Virus record (IMG/VR): IMGVR_UViG_3300027806_000001
Location: 1 to 64,000 of that record
Length of the DNA: 64,000 nt
Strand: one strand, 5' to 3'
Source of the DNA: a virus
Positions 63,892 to 64,000 of this stretch are shown here, one piece after another. Made by a program: the position numbers and the translations under genes. Below the pieces are notes generated by a model. It was not told the origin of the DNA. It saw only the letters and a list, made by a program, of their open reading frames with translations, and made no database searches. Positions within the stretch are counted from its first letter, which is position 1, and each line of letters opens with the position of its first letter.

Positions 63892-64000
63892 CTATTTCTT
63901 TTAAGAAATAGGCCTCGACTCCTGCGTACGTTAGATGGCCTCTATATACCTAGGGGTTCTACCTATGGGTATACCTATTAGGTTAAACAATCATCTAACG
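63892..64000. other. AT-rich non-coding region with inverted and direct repeats
   Basis: CTATTTCTT-TT-AAGAAATAG (63892-63911); CGTTAGATG (63929-63937) / CATCTAACG (63992-64000); TACCTA x3 between them. Confidence 0.6.

Noticed and set aside
234-63911. Long plus-strand ORFs (e.g. 6887..9262, 17608..20316, 33253..36711, 49136..52564) and alternative-frame minus ORFs
   Set aside because: Antisense or off-frame shadows of GC3-rich genes. They are Arg/Gly/Ala-rich, carry no motifs, and fully overlap better-supported genes.
1-64000. Stop-codon reassignment, or nucleus-forming phage markers
   Set aside because: TAA, TAG and TGA all end genes at sensible boundaries, and no chimallin- or tubulin-like gene was recognised in this window.

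Overview
The window is a high-GC, gap-free block from a large contractile-tailed (myovirus-type) phage genome. Every supportable gene is on the minus strand, many joined by ATGA/GTGA/TGATG stop-start overlaps. In transcription order (right to left) it contains: a small accessory group (metallophosphoesterase, Zn-ribbon protein) closed by a canonical terminator; small membrane proteins and Cys-rich virion proteins; a head module (stand-alone RNA polymerase beta-prime C-terminal half, probable internal proteins, prohead protease, scaffold-like proteins, decoration protein, major capsid protein); neck proteins; a ~9 kb fibre block; a tail module (terminator, 937-aa sheath, tube, gp5/VgrG-like spike, G/GT chaperone with a -1 slippery site, tape measure); and a baseplate module with an embedded sigma-70-family gene, ending in five tandem Cys-rich paralogues. 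Portal, terminase, replication genes and the rest of the RNA polymerase are not visible. The most novel signals are: (1) a K-x-A motif concentrated in predicted internal head proteins, often in a short N-terminal leader, suggesting a maturation-protease or capsid-targeting code; (2) a split beta-prime subunit and a sigma factor sitting among virion genes; (3) a G-S-T-A-N-A-A-T promoter-like motif just upstream of 11 gene starts, with a twelfth one-base variant. All product calls come from manual motif recognition and synteny; no database search was run. No tRNA, rRNA, CRISPR array, integrase or transposase was recognised.
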